DNA of 64,000 bases from Candidatus Melainabacteria bacterium 17Bon1m (GCA_032128875.1 JAVLKG010000003.1:225008-289007), one strand, 5' to 3'. Shown: positions 17,928 to 27,379, counted from the stretch's first letter. Made by a program: numbers and translations. Notes: generated from the letters alone by a model not told the origin.

Positions 17928-18608
17928 ATGGCAAAAATTGTCGTTGTAGAAGATGACAAAGACCTGGTCAACCTGATCAAGGGTATCCTTTCGGTCGAAA
18001 GGCATACGATTGACAGCGTGCACGACGGACACGAAGCGCTGGCGATTATTCAAATGCATCCTTATGACTTGGTCATCCTCGATTGGATGTTGCCGGGCAG
18101 AACAGGCACTGAGATTTGCAAAGACTACCGTGCCCGTGGTGGTGCTGCGCCTATTTTGATGCTGACTGCCAAGTCTACGATTGACGATCGTGCCGAAGGG
18201 CTTGATTCAGGCGCAGACGACTATTTGACGAAACCTTTTCACCCCAAAGAGTTCACCGCGCGGGTGCGGGCACTGCTGAGGCGCCCTCAAGCCGTGATGG
18301 CAAAAACAATGAAAGCCGCCGATATTGAACTTGATCCCAGTCAGATCAAAGTTTTCAAAGCGAATAAAGAGATTCATTTGCTGCCGAAAGAGTTCGCGCT
18401 GTTGGAGTTGTTTCTCCGTTATCCTACCCAAGTTTTTTCTGCTGAGGCACTTCTCGACCGCGTTTGGAATACGGATTCTTCCGCTTCGCTCGATACTGTA
18501 CGCACCTACATTAAGACGCTACGCAAGAAGATTGACACGAATCCAAAGGACTCTTTGATTCGCACCGTCCATGGTGTCGGATACAGTCTAAGCAATAAAA
18601 GCGAATAG
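17928..18608 (+). CDS. OmpR/PhoB-family response regulator (orphan)
   Basis: VVEDD, ILDWMLP, MLTAK, GADDYLTKPF, winged helix ...RTVHGVGY. Confidence 0.95.
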   Translation: MAKIVVVEDDKDLVNLIKGILSVERHTIDSVHDGHEALAIIQMHPYDLVILDWMLPGRTGTEICKDYRARGGAAPILMLTAKSTIDDRAEGLDSGADDYLTKPFHPKEFTARVRALLRRPQAVMAKTMKAADIELDPSQIKVFKANKEIHLLPKEFALLELFLRYPTQVFSAEALLDRVWNTDSSASLDTVRTYIKTLRKKIDTNPKDSLIRTVHGVGYSLSNKSE

Positions 18609-18845
18609 TAGTTCTGTTTGCTTGTATTAGTAGCGCATTGTCTGCATCTTGTTCTTTGGGAAACATTTTGTAGCGCCTCGCAAACGCTCAAATGTTAGAA
18701 GGCATTTTGCAAACATCGGGGACCCGAATGAGAGCGTAGATGAGAGTTTTGGTTAACGGTCTGGGAAAAACCCCACTGACCAGCTAGGCATATATGGTTT
18801 TTCCTATATGATCTCATCTGTACGTCAATCGGATTGCGCTTATCA

Positions 18846-19712
18846 ATGAGTACACTCGGACACAGCGGTCAAAGTGGCCACGGTGGACATGGCGGACAGG
18901 GTGGACACGGCGGTCAATCAGGACCCGGTCAACACGGCAACCATGGACACGGGCATCACGGACACTCCGGCGGAAACGCCATGGGTGGCGGCGGGCAGCA
19001 GCAAACGTGGGCGTCTATCTTTAACGAAACTCGCTTCTCCGGCGATGGGTTTCGGTCACCGCTGTTTGGGCTCATCGCGTATGGCATGGTTTTTCTATCG
19101 ATTGTCTTAGTGATTTGCTTAGCTGACAACAATCTTCTCGATTTTGCGGTGAGCCAGCATCGTGAGTCGCAGCAGAAGCACGCGCGCGAACTCGCTGAGG
19201 CAGAGACGAAAGCTGAGGAAGAAGCCCTTGCAAAAGCGGGTGCGACGCAACAGCAAGGTGATGCTCAATCAGCAGCACAAGAGGGTTTTGCTCAGCAAAC
19301 TGCCGCGCCTCAGGACAATGGACAACAAAATCTCTTGCCGCCATCGCAGCAACAAAATGTCGCGCAACCGGACGTGTCGCAGCAGCCATCGCAACCTGGC
19401 TACCTGCAGCAAAGCCTTATGCAGCAAATGCAACCTGGTTATTCTCAGCAAGGTTATGCACCGCAAGCATATGCAGCTCCGAATCAATATCAACAGGCGG
19501 CCGCGCCAGGATTTCCGCAAGGTGGTTTCCAGCAAGGCTTTAGTGGAGCAATGCAACAACCAGGATTTGCTCCAGCGCAAAACGGTGGTGCTGGCTATCC
19601 ACAGCGAACCGGCGCATATCAACACTCAGGCGCGTATTATCAGGGCGGATACAAGACTGGTCCTGACGGTACAACGCAAGTGCCGATGAATCGCATGGTT
19701 GTGAACCGCTAA
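18846..19712 (+). CDS. Single-pass membrane protein with His/Gly-rich N-terminus and Gln-rich C-terminus
   Basis: GH repeats, TM LIAYGMVFLSIVLVICLA, Q/P/G-rich tail. Confidence 0.7.
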   Translation: MSTLGHSGQSGHGGHGGQGGHGGQSGPGQHGNHGHGHHGHSGGNAMGGGGQQQTWASIFNETRFSGDGFRSPLFGLIAYGMVFLSIVLVICLADNNLLDFAVSQHRESQQKHARELAEAETKAEEEALAKAGATQQQGDAQSAAQEGFAQQTAAPQDNGQQNLLPPSQQQNVAQPDVSQQPSQPGYLQQSLMQQMQPGYSQQGYAPQAYAAPNQYQQAAAPGFPQGGFQQGFSGAMQQPGFAPAQNGGAGYPQRTGAYQHSGAYYQGGYKTGPDGTTQVPMNRMVVNR

Positions 19713-19745
19713 ACTGCGATCGAATGTTTTGGATTGAGTTAAAAA

Positions 19746-20807
19746 TCACACTTCACTGACACGCTCGAAAATGCGTTCTGTGATGCGGCTCTTCTCGCCA
19801 CGCGAGATTTGTTTGAAGTAATCTGTGAGAAAACTGGTATAGCTTGGTCGAAGCAAATAGCGTTGCCGATACTCGTCGTCGCTTTGCAAAAGCTTGTGAA
19901 GCTGCGGCAAATAGTAGTGCGGCACAGACGGGAAGAAATGATGCTCTGCGTGAAAGTGAAACTCAAGACCAGTGAAGAAGAGTCTATCTATAAATGATGG
20001 CAGCGGAACGCTAATCAATCTTCCCTCGGAGAGAACTGCATCATCAGTGGCTAAGCGCGCGTGATCGATAAATCCACGGATGTAACCTAGCAGTGTTCCG
20101 AGTGTGAAAATCGGCACAAGCCATAATGCGAAATAAGCCCACCAAAATCCGGTGACTAACCAGAAAAGGGCAAAGACACTTGCTTGCACTGGGATTAGGT
20201 TCAATATTTCCGGATAAGAACGACGCGGCATAACGACAAGCGCGGAAGTGTTTCTGCTCGAATGAATGTTGTTTTCTTCCGATTGCTTATTGTTTTTCTC
20301 GCGCAAAAAGCCGTTGACGATTATTGAAGTCCAGAGCTGACCACCAAGAACGAGCTTTGCTAAGTAAAGCGCAAATTGTGCCGGATCGCTTTTATCTTGT
20401 TCGTTATGAAAATGCCGGTCTGGATCGGCTGTAGTGTTCAGATACTTGTGATGTGCAAGATGCACAGCCCGAGACGATCCCCAGATGGAGCCAACAGGAT
20501 ACGCGCATAACCATGAGCCGACGAAGTCATTCGCCCGCTTGTTTTTTAGGAGTGCAGAATGCTGCGATTCGTGCGAGAGATTGACCAGGACGCCCATGCC
20601 GCTGGTGATTATGTAGACAGAAAGTAAGTATATAGCTGGATTTGGAAACAGTTTGAACAACATCAAACCGCATGCAATGCGAAGATAACCGTTGAAGATC
20701 AAATCAAAAATAGTGCGGTGTGCTTTTGGTTTTGCAGACTTCAGAAACTCATTGATGCTGCCGGAAATTGGCTCGGCTGGCAGATTTGAGTTGACTATCG
20801 ATTCCAT
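19746..20807 (-). CDS. Membrane fatty acid desaturase family protein
   Basis: Three His boxes (HESQH, HLAHH, HAEHH) with TM segments. Confidence 0.9.
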   Translation of the reverse strand: MESIVNSNLPAEPISGSINEFLKSAKPKAHRTIFDLIFNGYLRIACGLMLFKLFPNPAIYLLSVYIITSGMGVLVNLSHESQHSALLKNKRANDFVGSWLCAYPVGSIWGSSRAVHLAHHKYLNTTADPDRHFHNEQDKSDPAQFALYLAKLVLGGQLWTSIIVNGFLREKNNKQSEENNIHSSRNTSALVVMPRRSYPEILNLIPVQASVFALFWLVTGFWWAYFALWLVPIFTLGTLLGYIRGFIDHARLATDDAVLSEGRLISVPLPSFIDRLFFTGLEFHFHAEHHFFPSVPHYYLPQLHKLLQSDDEYRQRYLLRPSYTSFLTDYFKQISRGEKSRITERIFERVSEV

Positions 20808-20921
20808 GTCTTGTTTTGGCTCATAAACAAAAGAGCGTTGGAGCTCCTATCTATTCTAGATGCCAAAACTATTATTGGCGAAAATCGGAGAGCCTAATCG
20901 CTCGACTTTCGCCTGTTTTGT

Positions 20922-20948
20922 GTAGGAGCGATGCCTTGCATCGTCCGG
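20922..20948 (+). repeat. REP-like palindrome, family A
   Basis: GTAGGAGCGATGC-CTT-GCATCG. Confidence 0.6.
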
Positions 20949-21035
20949 CGGATGCTATCTATCCCCCGGTCTAATGCCATGCATCATCCAGCGGATTCAG
21001 TACTAATTTGGAAACGTTGTGAATGCGAGGGATTT

Positions 21036-21206
21036 GGACAGCGGTGGTGCACCGAGAAACTGCTTGATGTATAACCGTCGAAAAACATCCGGGCCAAGGC
21101 AGGAGGAGTAGAGCTTTTAACTCCCGGACACTTACTAAGGCTCGACACTGCATGCCCGGTTTCCCAGGCAAATGGTAGCTCCCGGCGCAACCTCCGTCTG
21201 CTGACC
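21036..21206 (-). ncRNA. Rod-shaped structured RNA, candidate 6S RNA
   Basis: The ends pair (UGCGCCGGGAG/UUCUCGGUGCA, 11 bp with G-U pairs only on the minus strand). There is a central bubble with a GAAA hairpin and inner stems GUCGAG/UUCGAC and UCCGGG/CCCGGA. Confidence 0.5.
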
Positions 21207-21322
21207 ACGTTCCAAATACTACGGATTTGGAGGTTGTAAAGATATGGGGTTTCGCCTAGGTTTTTAAACTCAAAGGCCTAGATGCGCGCTATCATCTGCT
21301 ACGTTTTGACCGGAAAGAAATA

Positions 21323-21928
21323 CTAGTTGTCGACGCCGAGCACTTGCGTGAAGAAGATTTGGCGGAAGATTTTCATTGGCTTCGTGTCGCGCAAAACCTT
21401 CGAGCGCATGACTGCACCTTCGAAGGAGCACAAGAAGAACTCAGCGGCTTCAGATGTTTTGACCGACTTCGGAATTTCTCCTGCAGCCTTTGCTTCATTG
21501 AGCACAGCGGTGAACGTGGCTGCGCGCCTCTGCATGATTTCCTTCAGGCGCATGCGAAAGACTTCATTTTGGTCCGCCATCTCCTGGCTGAGATTGGCGA
21601 TGAGGCATCCGCGACTGCATTGACGCTTTTCTGCTTTCTCTATGGCACCATCTATATAGTTTTTGATGCGCTTGAGCGGCGTGACCTTGGGGTCGGTGAG
21701 TGCTTTGTCCAGCTCTTGAACATAGTGTTCGTCGAAGGTGTTAATGACAGAGAGACCGAAGTCTTCCTTGCTGGAAAAGTAATGGTAAAAGGAACCCTTT
21801 GGCACATTGCACGCGGTCAGCACTTCGTTAATGCCCGTGGCGTTGTAGCCCTTTTCGAGCATGACGTCGATGCCTGTCTCGATGAGAAGGCACTTGGTAT
21901 TTTGCTTGGTTGATACTTTTGGAGACAT
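21323..21928 (-). CDS. TetR-family repressor, NemR/AcuR-like
   Basis: KGYNATGINEVL...VPKGSFYHYFSSKEDFG, GCLIANLSQEM. Confidence 0.92.
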   Translation of the reverse strand: MSPKVSTKQNTKCLLIETGIDVMLEKGYNATGINEVLTACNVPKGSFYHYFSSKEDFGLSVINTFDEHYVQELDKALTDPKVTPLKRIKNYIDGAIEKAEKRQCSRGCLIANLSQEMADQNEVFRMRLKEIMQRRAATFTAVLNEAKAAGEIPKSVKTSEAAEFFLCSFEGAVMRSKVLRDTKPMKIFRQIFFTQVLGVDN

Positions 21929-21935
21929 GATGGAT

Positions 21936-21965
21936 ATATTAGACCAGTCGGTCTAAATATGTCAA
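21936..21965 (-). promoter_or_regulatory. Sigma70 promoter of tetR containing a NemR-type operator (21940-21955); likely leaderless mRNA
   Basis: TTGACA-18-TAATAT, 7 nt before the ATG; operator TAGACCGACTGGTCTA on the minus strand. Confidence 0.85.
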
Positions 21966-22039
21966 TACTTCCTAAGGCTGAGTGGCGGTAGTTTTACGAG
22001 CTTTTTGCACAAGCGTGTAACGCGAGCCAAAAGATCTTG

Positions 22040-22095
22040 TTGACAGGTGGTAGACGACCGGTCTATTATCGGGTGGTTGGTAGACGACTGGTCTA
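22040..22095 (+). promoter_or_regulatory. Sigma70 promoter with two NemR-type operators
   Basis: TTGACA(22040)-18-TATTAT; TAGACGACCGGTCTA 22051-22065 and TAGACGACTGGTCTA 22081-22095. Confidence 0.85.
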
Positions 22096-22133
22096 ATACA
22101 AATTCAAAATCCTAACGGAAAAGGAGGTACGAA

Positions 22134-22307
22134 ATGAATTGCTTTAGTTTTCCAATGGCAATGCAGACGCAACCCGGTTACAACCCGAATGAAGACGGCA
22201 GCTTCGAGGGCAACTTGATAGGCGAAGTGGTCGTACTTCTCTTGGAGGCGCTGGCATCTTTCAAGGCTGAGCTGAGAGCGCGACTCATTGATTGGGTCAA
22301 TTCGTAA
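22134..22307 (+). CDS. Small protein, 57 aa (MNCFSFPMAMQTQPGYNPNEDGSFEGNLIGEVVVLLLEALASFKAELRARLIDWVNS)
   Basis: Near-perfect RBS AAGGAGGT and a dedicated promoter with operators; absent from the ORF track (<60 aa). Confidence 0.75.
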   Translation: MNCFSFPMAMQTQPGYNPNEDGSFEGNLIGEVVVLLLEALASFKAELRARLIDWVNS

Positions 22308-22314
22308 TTCAGAT

Positions 22315-22418
22315 GTAGGTGAGCCGCATGCGGCTCCCTTACCAGGATGGCGCCTGCGCCACCCCTACGAAATCGTTAAGCTCGAGGCACGAGCCGGCGA
22401 GCCGCCGGCGCTCCCAGG
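22315..22418. repeat. REP-like cluster: two family A copies plus one family B copy (22391-22418)
   Basis: GTAGGTGAGCCGCATGCGGCTCCCTTAC; TGGCGCCTGCGCCACCCCTAC; reverse complement of CCTGGGAGCGCCGGCGGCTCGCCGGCTC. Confidence 0.75.
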
Positions 22419-24806
22419 TTAGACGGCACCCAGGGGGACTTGTGAAAGCAGGTCCTCTTTCATTTTGTCTGCGTTAGCGTAGCGCTTTTCCGTGTCGAGT
22501 TGGGTTGCGCGGAATATGATTTCGTCCAGGCTATTTGATACCGTGAGACTCTTTTCCCGTGGGCGCGATGCGGAAATTGGCTCCGGATCTTCACCTATCA
22601 AAGCGAAATAGAGCGAAGCCCCCAGCGCGTAGATGTCGCTCTGCGGCGATGCCTTTCCACGGAATTGCTCGGGCGGAATGTATGAGTGCTTGCCGACCAC
22701 AGTCCGCGTAGCCGTTGATTCCGACTGTCTTGCAACGTTGAAGTCGATCAACTTGGGGGTTCCATCCTCTGCGATTATGATGTTTTCCGGCGTAAAGTCG
22801 CGGTGGATGACGGGCGGTGACATCGAGTGCAAGTGGGAAAGAATGCCCAGCAGTTGTACCGCCAAATCCATTGTTTCCAGATCTGAAAGTGGACCGTTTT
22901 CGTTGACCAGTGTGCGAAGCGAATTTCCTTGCACGTGTTCTAGGACGAGGTAAAACCGATGGTCTTCAATAAAGTTGTCCTTGAGTTTGACTACGTATGG
23001 ATGGTCTATGCTTTGCAGCAACTCGCATTCGCGATGCACTGAATCAAGTGCCTTAGCCTGCGCGATTTGTCCGGCGTGCGACGGAATGATGAATTCCTTG
23101 AGCACGACAAGCTCAGCGTTATCGACTCCGCCTTCGATGCAAGCTGCCTGATACGCGATACCCTGACCGCCGGCACCGATCTGTTTCACCACCTTGTACC
23201 TCCCATCGCCAATGAGGTCGCCAGGTTCAAGCGGTTCTGTTCTGACGCGCTCTTTTGTCAGCGAGCTGAGCCACAGCGATGTGAAATTGTTCTCCACCGG
23301 CGGGTGCAGTCGGTCGATCATTATTGGGTCGATTCGCTCTTGGGGTACGAAGCGCAGGAGAGCCTCGTGAAACATTTTGGTTTGCGCACCATAGAGCAGT
23401 CCGCTTTCAATCAATGTGATACGCACATGATTGCTTGTCGAGAAAAACGGTTGGAAGAAGGAGAAGTAAAACAGTCTTTGCGAGCGTGGCATGGAATCAG
23501 GCTGGAGATGGAAATTGATTAGTTCGTTGACTGCCCAGCTCTTCGCTGGTTTTGAAAAACTCACGAATGAAATGCTGTTCCATGGAATTCCAGGCGAAGA
23601 AAATTTCACCCAACCTCGCTGCCAATTTAGGCGCATGCCCTCTTGCGACAGTGCGATTGTGGAAGGACTTGTAAAACTGAAGAGCAGCAGTAAGAGTGGA
23701 ATACCCGTTATAACGCACACCATCAGCGGAATGTAGGCTTGCAGCTCTAGCATTTGCAGCATTACGCCGAGGAGTATCAATGGCAGTGAAATGAAAAAGA
23801 AAGTGAGTGGACCGCTGCGTTCAACGGTTTCGAGCATTGGGCGCAACATACGCAGTGGCTTGTAGTGAAGAACTACTTCATCGCCATCTGCGCCTGAAAA
23901 GTGAACTTGATGGTCCAACACTTCTCCGGGTTTGAGTCCGAGCGTGTTGCGCACTTTTTCTTTCATGATGGAACGCGGCAGAAGGCGAGCCATTTTCGGA
24001 ATATATTCGCTCAGCTCGGCGATATTAGTCGGGTTTTCGAAGTCGAGAGAATTCCGGCTCACCTGCATTCGTTCTTGTTCGGTCAACATCGAACATGCAA
24101 TATCGAAAGCGTTTCGTTTTTCAACTGAAAGTGGAAAACGTGGGTCAAGAGCACGCAATACATCCGCATGAACGGAGCCGGCTGGAAGATTCTCGTGCAG
24201 CGACTTGGCGAAAAACTCGCGGTCTGCTTGGTGAGTGATGCCGGAGACAAGTACGCGCAATTGAAAATCTGCATTGCGCAAACGCTCTCTCCAAATGCTT
24301 TGCGTCAGAAATTTATATGAATATTCAAAGGGCGAAGTCTTCGGGAGTTTTTTGACCGTTAAGAGAATCGATTCGTTGATTTTGTCATCTGAGTCTTCAT
24401 CAATCTCAGCTTTGGATATCGTCGTCCACGGAATCATTGGTGAGGCTAGTTGGAAAAGAAAATTACTCCAGCCAAGAGACATGCCATTTTGCATTACCCT
24501 GATTTGATCAGGTAGCAAACAATCCATAGCCGTATGGTGAAGCCAGGCGCAAAAGAGCGAAGTCAAAACCATCAAGACTTGGTAGCTGTTCACGTCGTAC
24601 CACATCTTTGCCATCAACAGATAAATGGCGATGTACGTCATCACACCGATTATGAGCGATGACGCTCGCGGCACAAGCGTTGGACGCGCTCTATAGTCGA
24701 GTGTCACTAAGTCGGAAACTTCCTCATCGGTGCGCGTTGTATCGACCTCGGCAAAAGAATTGTCTTTGTCGTCGTATCCGGCACCGTTAAGCATGTATGT
24801 CGACAT
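22419..24806 (-). CDS. Membrane Ser/Thr protein kinase with duplicated TM-pair + PH-like module
   Basis: IGAGGQG, VLKE, HRDFTPEN, DFNVA, PPEQ, SDIYALG. Start placed at ATG 24806 (GGAG); the alternative 24845 lies inside a REP. Confidence 0.9.
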   Translation of the reverse strand: MSTYMLNGAGYDDKDNSFAEVDTTRTDEEVSDLVTLDYRARPTLVPRASSLIIGVMTYIAIYLLMAKMWYDVNSYQVLMVLTSLFCAWLHHTAMDCLLPDQIRVMQNGMSLGWSNFLFQLASPMIPWTTISKAEIDEDSDDKINESILLTVKKLPKTSPFEYSYKFLTQSIWRERLRNADFQLRVLVSGITHQADREFFAKSLHENLPAGSVHADVLRALDPRFPLSVEKRNAFDIACSMLTEQERMQVSRNSLDFENPTNIAELSEYIPKMARLLPRSIMKEKVRNTLGLKPGEVLDHQVHFSGADGDEVVLHYKPLRMLRPMLETVERSGPLTFFFISLPLILLGVMLQMLELQAYIPLMVCVITGIPLLLLLFSFTSPSTIALSQEGMRLNWQRGWVKFSSPGIPWNSISFVSFSKPAKSWAVNELINFHLQPDSMPRSQRLFYFSFFQPFFSTSNHVRITLIESGLLYGAQTKMFHEALLRFVPQERIDPIMIDRLHPPVENNFTSLWLSSLTKERVRTEPLEPGDLIGDGRYKVVKQIGAGGQGIAYQAACIEGGVDNAELVVLKEFIIPSHAGQIAQAKALDSVHRECELLQSIDHPYVVKLKDNFIEDHRFYLVLEHVQGNSLRTLVNENGPLSDLETMDLAVQLLGILSHLHSMSPPVIHRDFTPENIIIAEDGTPKLIDFNVARQSESTATRTVVGKHSYIPPEQFRGKASPQSDIYALGASLYFALIGEDPEPISASRPREKSLTVSNSLDEIIFRATQLDTEKRYANADKMKEDLLSQVPLGAV

Positions 24807-24830
24807 ATCAATCGTCTCCAATTTCACTCC

Positions 24831-24858
24831 ATAGGGGCGGGGCATGCGTCGTCCTTAC
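24831..24858 (-). repeat. REP-like palindrome, family A, overlapping the kinase stop codon
   Basis: Minus strand GTAAGGACGACGCATGCCCCGCCCCTAT. Confidence 0.6.
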
Positions 24859-26450
24859 GAATGACGTCCAGCAGCTGTCCCAGTCATAGCGTCAATCGCA
24901 TCGCTCAGCGCGCGAGCTGATTGAATTCGCTCGCTTGTCGAAAGTGCTGTGCAGGAAGCCACCAGTCGATCGACTTCTTCGGAGAGTTCGCTTCTCGCTT
25001 TGCGTGGATGAGAAGGTGACAGCGGTTCTGGATCATCGCCTGTCAGAAGGAAATTTAGTGTGCCGCCCAGCGCGTAAATATCGCTTGAGGGCTCAGCTTT
25101 CCCTCTGAATTGTTCAGGTGAAATGTATGACTGCTTTCCGATCAGAGTGCCGGTGGCTTGCCCCACGTACTCGTTGGCTGCACCGAAGTCGATTAGTACA
25201 AGCGTGCCATCTTTGCGCAAGACAACATTGTCCGGTGTTACGTCCCTGTGCACCACGGGCGGTGAGAGTTCGTGCAGGTACGTGAGAGTAGATGCAAGCT
25301 CTTGCGCCCATGCGAGCACTTGTTTCTCACCGCATGGTCCGTGCATTCTCACATGTTGTCGCAAACTCGTACCCGGCACGTATTCCAAAAGCATATAGTC
25401 GCGCCCGTTTTCGACTAGATGATCTTTGACCTTCGCGATTGCCGGATGGTCGAGTTTCATCAACAAACTTGCTTCTCTGCGGAATAGCTCTTTCGCCTTC
25501 TCTTTGGTTTTCTCATCGACAGAATGCGGTATAACCGATTCCTTGAGAATTGACAGCCCGCCTGTGTTTTGTTCGACGAGATAAACGGCAGACAATCCGC
25601 CTGATGCAATCATACTGATGACTTTCAATCTGCCATTTTGCAGCGTAGAACCTTTAGTAAGCGGCACAAAAGTCGTCGCCCCTAAATGAGATTGCATCTC
25701 TTCTTCCCACATCGCTGTGTACGTTACAGGAGCGTCGGGCTTCGCTTCCGGCACATCGACTTGAATGACCTTCTTGATCAATTCCATTGCTTCATTGGAG
25801 ATTACTGCTTCTTTACCCCAGTCGCTGAGCGCGCGGCAGAGTTGTTCTAGGTCTTTCTTTGACAGCCGCTTTAGATTTAGCGCGGTGTTGCCGCCGGAGC
25901 GGAAGTACAGTCGCAGCGTCCAGTTCATCATCGACTCCATATCGTAAGGGTCGTTGTTTGCACGTACCATTTTCTTTGAGAGCGAAACAGATCCGAGATC
26001 TGACCAGCTTCGTGTGCGGCGGAAGAGCAGAGACGGTGACATCAGCAACGGAAAGGAGAGCCGAGATTCTGTGAGTAAAATGCGTGTGTGCTGTCCCGCA
26101 ATCATGAACAGAAAAGCCAGCGCTGCAAAAACGCAGTAGGCGCCGGCAAGAACATATTCTTCCGTGCGGTAAGGCTCTGTCATCGATGAATAGCGCGTGC
26201 AACAGACGCAAATGGCACCGCAGTGGCAGTTGCTGCAAGTCATCGGCGCCGAAGTCTTCACCGTCTTCACATGTGAGACGTTGATTCCAGCCTGCGGTCC
26301 GTATTTGATGACATCAAATGTCTTGCGCGCTGCTTCGATTGGCACGGTCTTGATTCCGGCGGCAACCAGAAATAGGCTTATCGTCAAGAACAGCGAGAAT
26401 AGCCAGACAGGCAGTACGTGATACCGAAGGGCAAATTTCTTGCGATTCAC
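24855..26450 (-). CDS. Membrane Ser/Thr protein kinase with Cys-rich loop
   Basis: IASGGLS, ILKE, HRDVTPDN, DFGAA, SPEQ; CSNCHCGAICVCC between two TMs. Confidence 0.9.
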   Translation of the reverse strand: MNRKKFALRYHVLPVWLFSLFLTISLFLVAAGIKTVPIEAARKTFDVIKYGPQAGINVSHVKTVKTSAPMTCSNCHCGAICVCCTRYSSMTEPYRTEEYVLAGAYCVFAALAFLFMIAGQHTRILLTESRLSFPLLMSPSLLFRRTRSWSDLGSVSLSKKMVRANNDPYDMESMMNWTLRLYFRSGGNTALNLKRLSKKDLEQLCRALSDWGKEAVISNEAMELIKKVIQVDVPEAKPDAPVTYTAMWEEEMQSHLGATTFVPLTKGSTLQNGRLKVISMIASGGLSAVYLVEQNTGGLSILKESVIPHSVDEKTKEKAKELFRREASLLMKLDHPAIAKVKDHLVENGRDYMLLEYVPGTSLRQHVRMHGPCGEKQVLAWAQELASTLTYLHELSPPVVHRDVTPDNVVLRKDGTLVLIDFGAANEYVGQATGTLIGKQSYISPEQFRGKAEPSSDIYALGGTLNFLLTGDDPEPLSPSHPRKARSELSEEVDRLVASCTALSTSERIQSARALSDAIDAMTGTAAGRHS

Positions 26451-26563
26451 CGCTCAATCCTCGAAACAGGGCATTCTGTTTCGATAATATGATTGTGCGA
26501 GTCGCGAATACAGATGGCTAGGTGCGACCTAGTATCAGGACTTCGGATAGAGAAGTTCTGGGG

Positions 26564-27379
26564 TTATGGATAGTACCGATGAATTCTGCGGAGTTGAAGA
26601 CCATTTACTGCTTGCGGATCAATGTCGTAAGTGAAGGCGCAGTTGTGGTCGAAGAGCGGAACAGTGTTTTCGTTGCGTACTAATCGCAATCTTCTTTCCA
26701 GCATCCTCACGACTCTGCTGTTTTCATCACAACCGCATTTGTCTTTGGACATTTGCAGTGCAACTGAGAATTCCTGCTCTGCATTCTCCCAGTCGCCAGC
26801 ACGCGAAGCAAATTTGCCTGCCTCAATGTGCAGGTCGCGACTGCGGGATGGCTTGTCGGCTGTATGCTCTTCGGCGCAGGCGATACCGCCGCGGATAAAC
26901 ATTTGTGCCAGCTTGTAATTGTGCTTCCATCCATAAATGCGTGCTGCGCGGCGATATTCGCGCTGCGCCATTCTGTGTCCAAAGACTTTGTGGTCGAAAT
27001 TGATGACCGCGTAAGTGCGGGCGACGCTTTCCGGGCTGCCGTCCAAAGCAAAGTAGGTTAGTCCGGACATGAAAAACAGCGAGTATGCGAGCAGAGGTAC
27101 AGGAAGGAGAAGCCCGAGTGTTCGAATGAAATTGGCTGTGCCAATGGACATGCCGAAATCAGCAGGGTCGATGTATGCCGGAGGACGCTTGAAGTCCTCC
27201 ATACCATGATGCGCGAGGGCGCTATACAGCAAGAATGGAGCGGTCAACAGTAGCAAAGCTACACCGCAACAACTGATCGAGGCATGTACCATCACCACAA
27301 AACCGGTGAGGACTGCTGTGGTCAGGAAATATGCGGATGTGAGGCCGATTGAGATTCTTCTCTTGCGTTCGAAGCTCAT
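26564..27379 (-). CDS. Membrane protein (3 TM) with TPR-like C-terminal region
   Basis: Hydrophobic segments, then AGKFASRAGDWENAEQEFSVALQM; RBS GGAG. Confidence 0.65.
   Translation of the reverse strand: MSFERKRRISIGLTSAYFLTTAVLTGFVVMVHASISCCGVALLLLTAPFLLYSALAHHGMEDFKRPPAYIDPADFGMSIGTANFIRTLGLLLPVPLLAYSLFFMSGLTYFALDGSPESVARTYAVINFDHKVFGHRMAQREYRRAARIYGWKHNYKLAQMFIRGGIACAEEHTADKPSRSRDLHIEAGKFASRAGDWENAEQEFSVALQMSKDKCGCDENSRVVRMLERRLRLVRNENTVPLFDHNCAFTYDIDPQAVNGLQLRRIHRYYP

Noticed and set aside
21030-21231. MITE with 9-bp target duplication GGATTTGGA
   Set aside because: The inverted repeats do not abut the right direct repeat, and the G-U bias favours a structured RNA.
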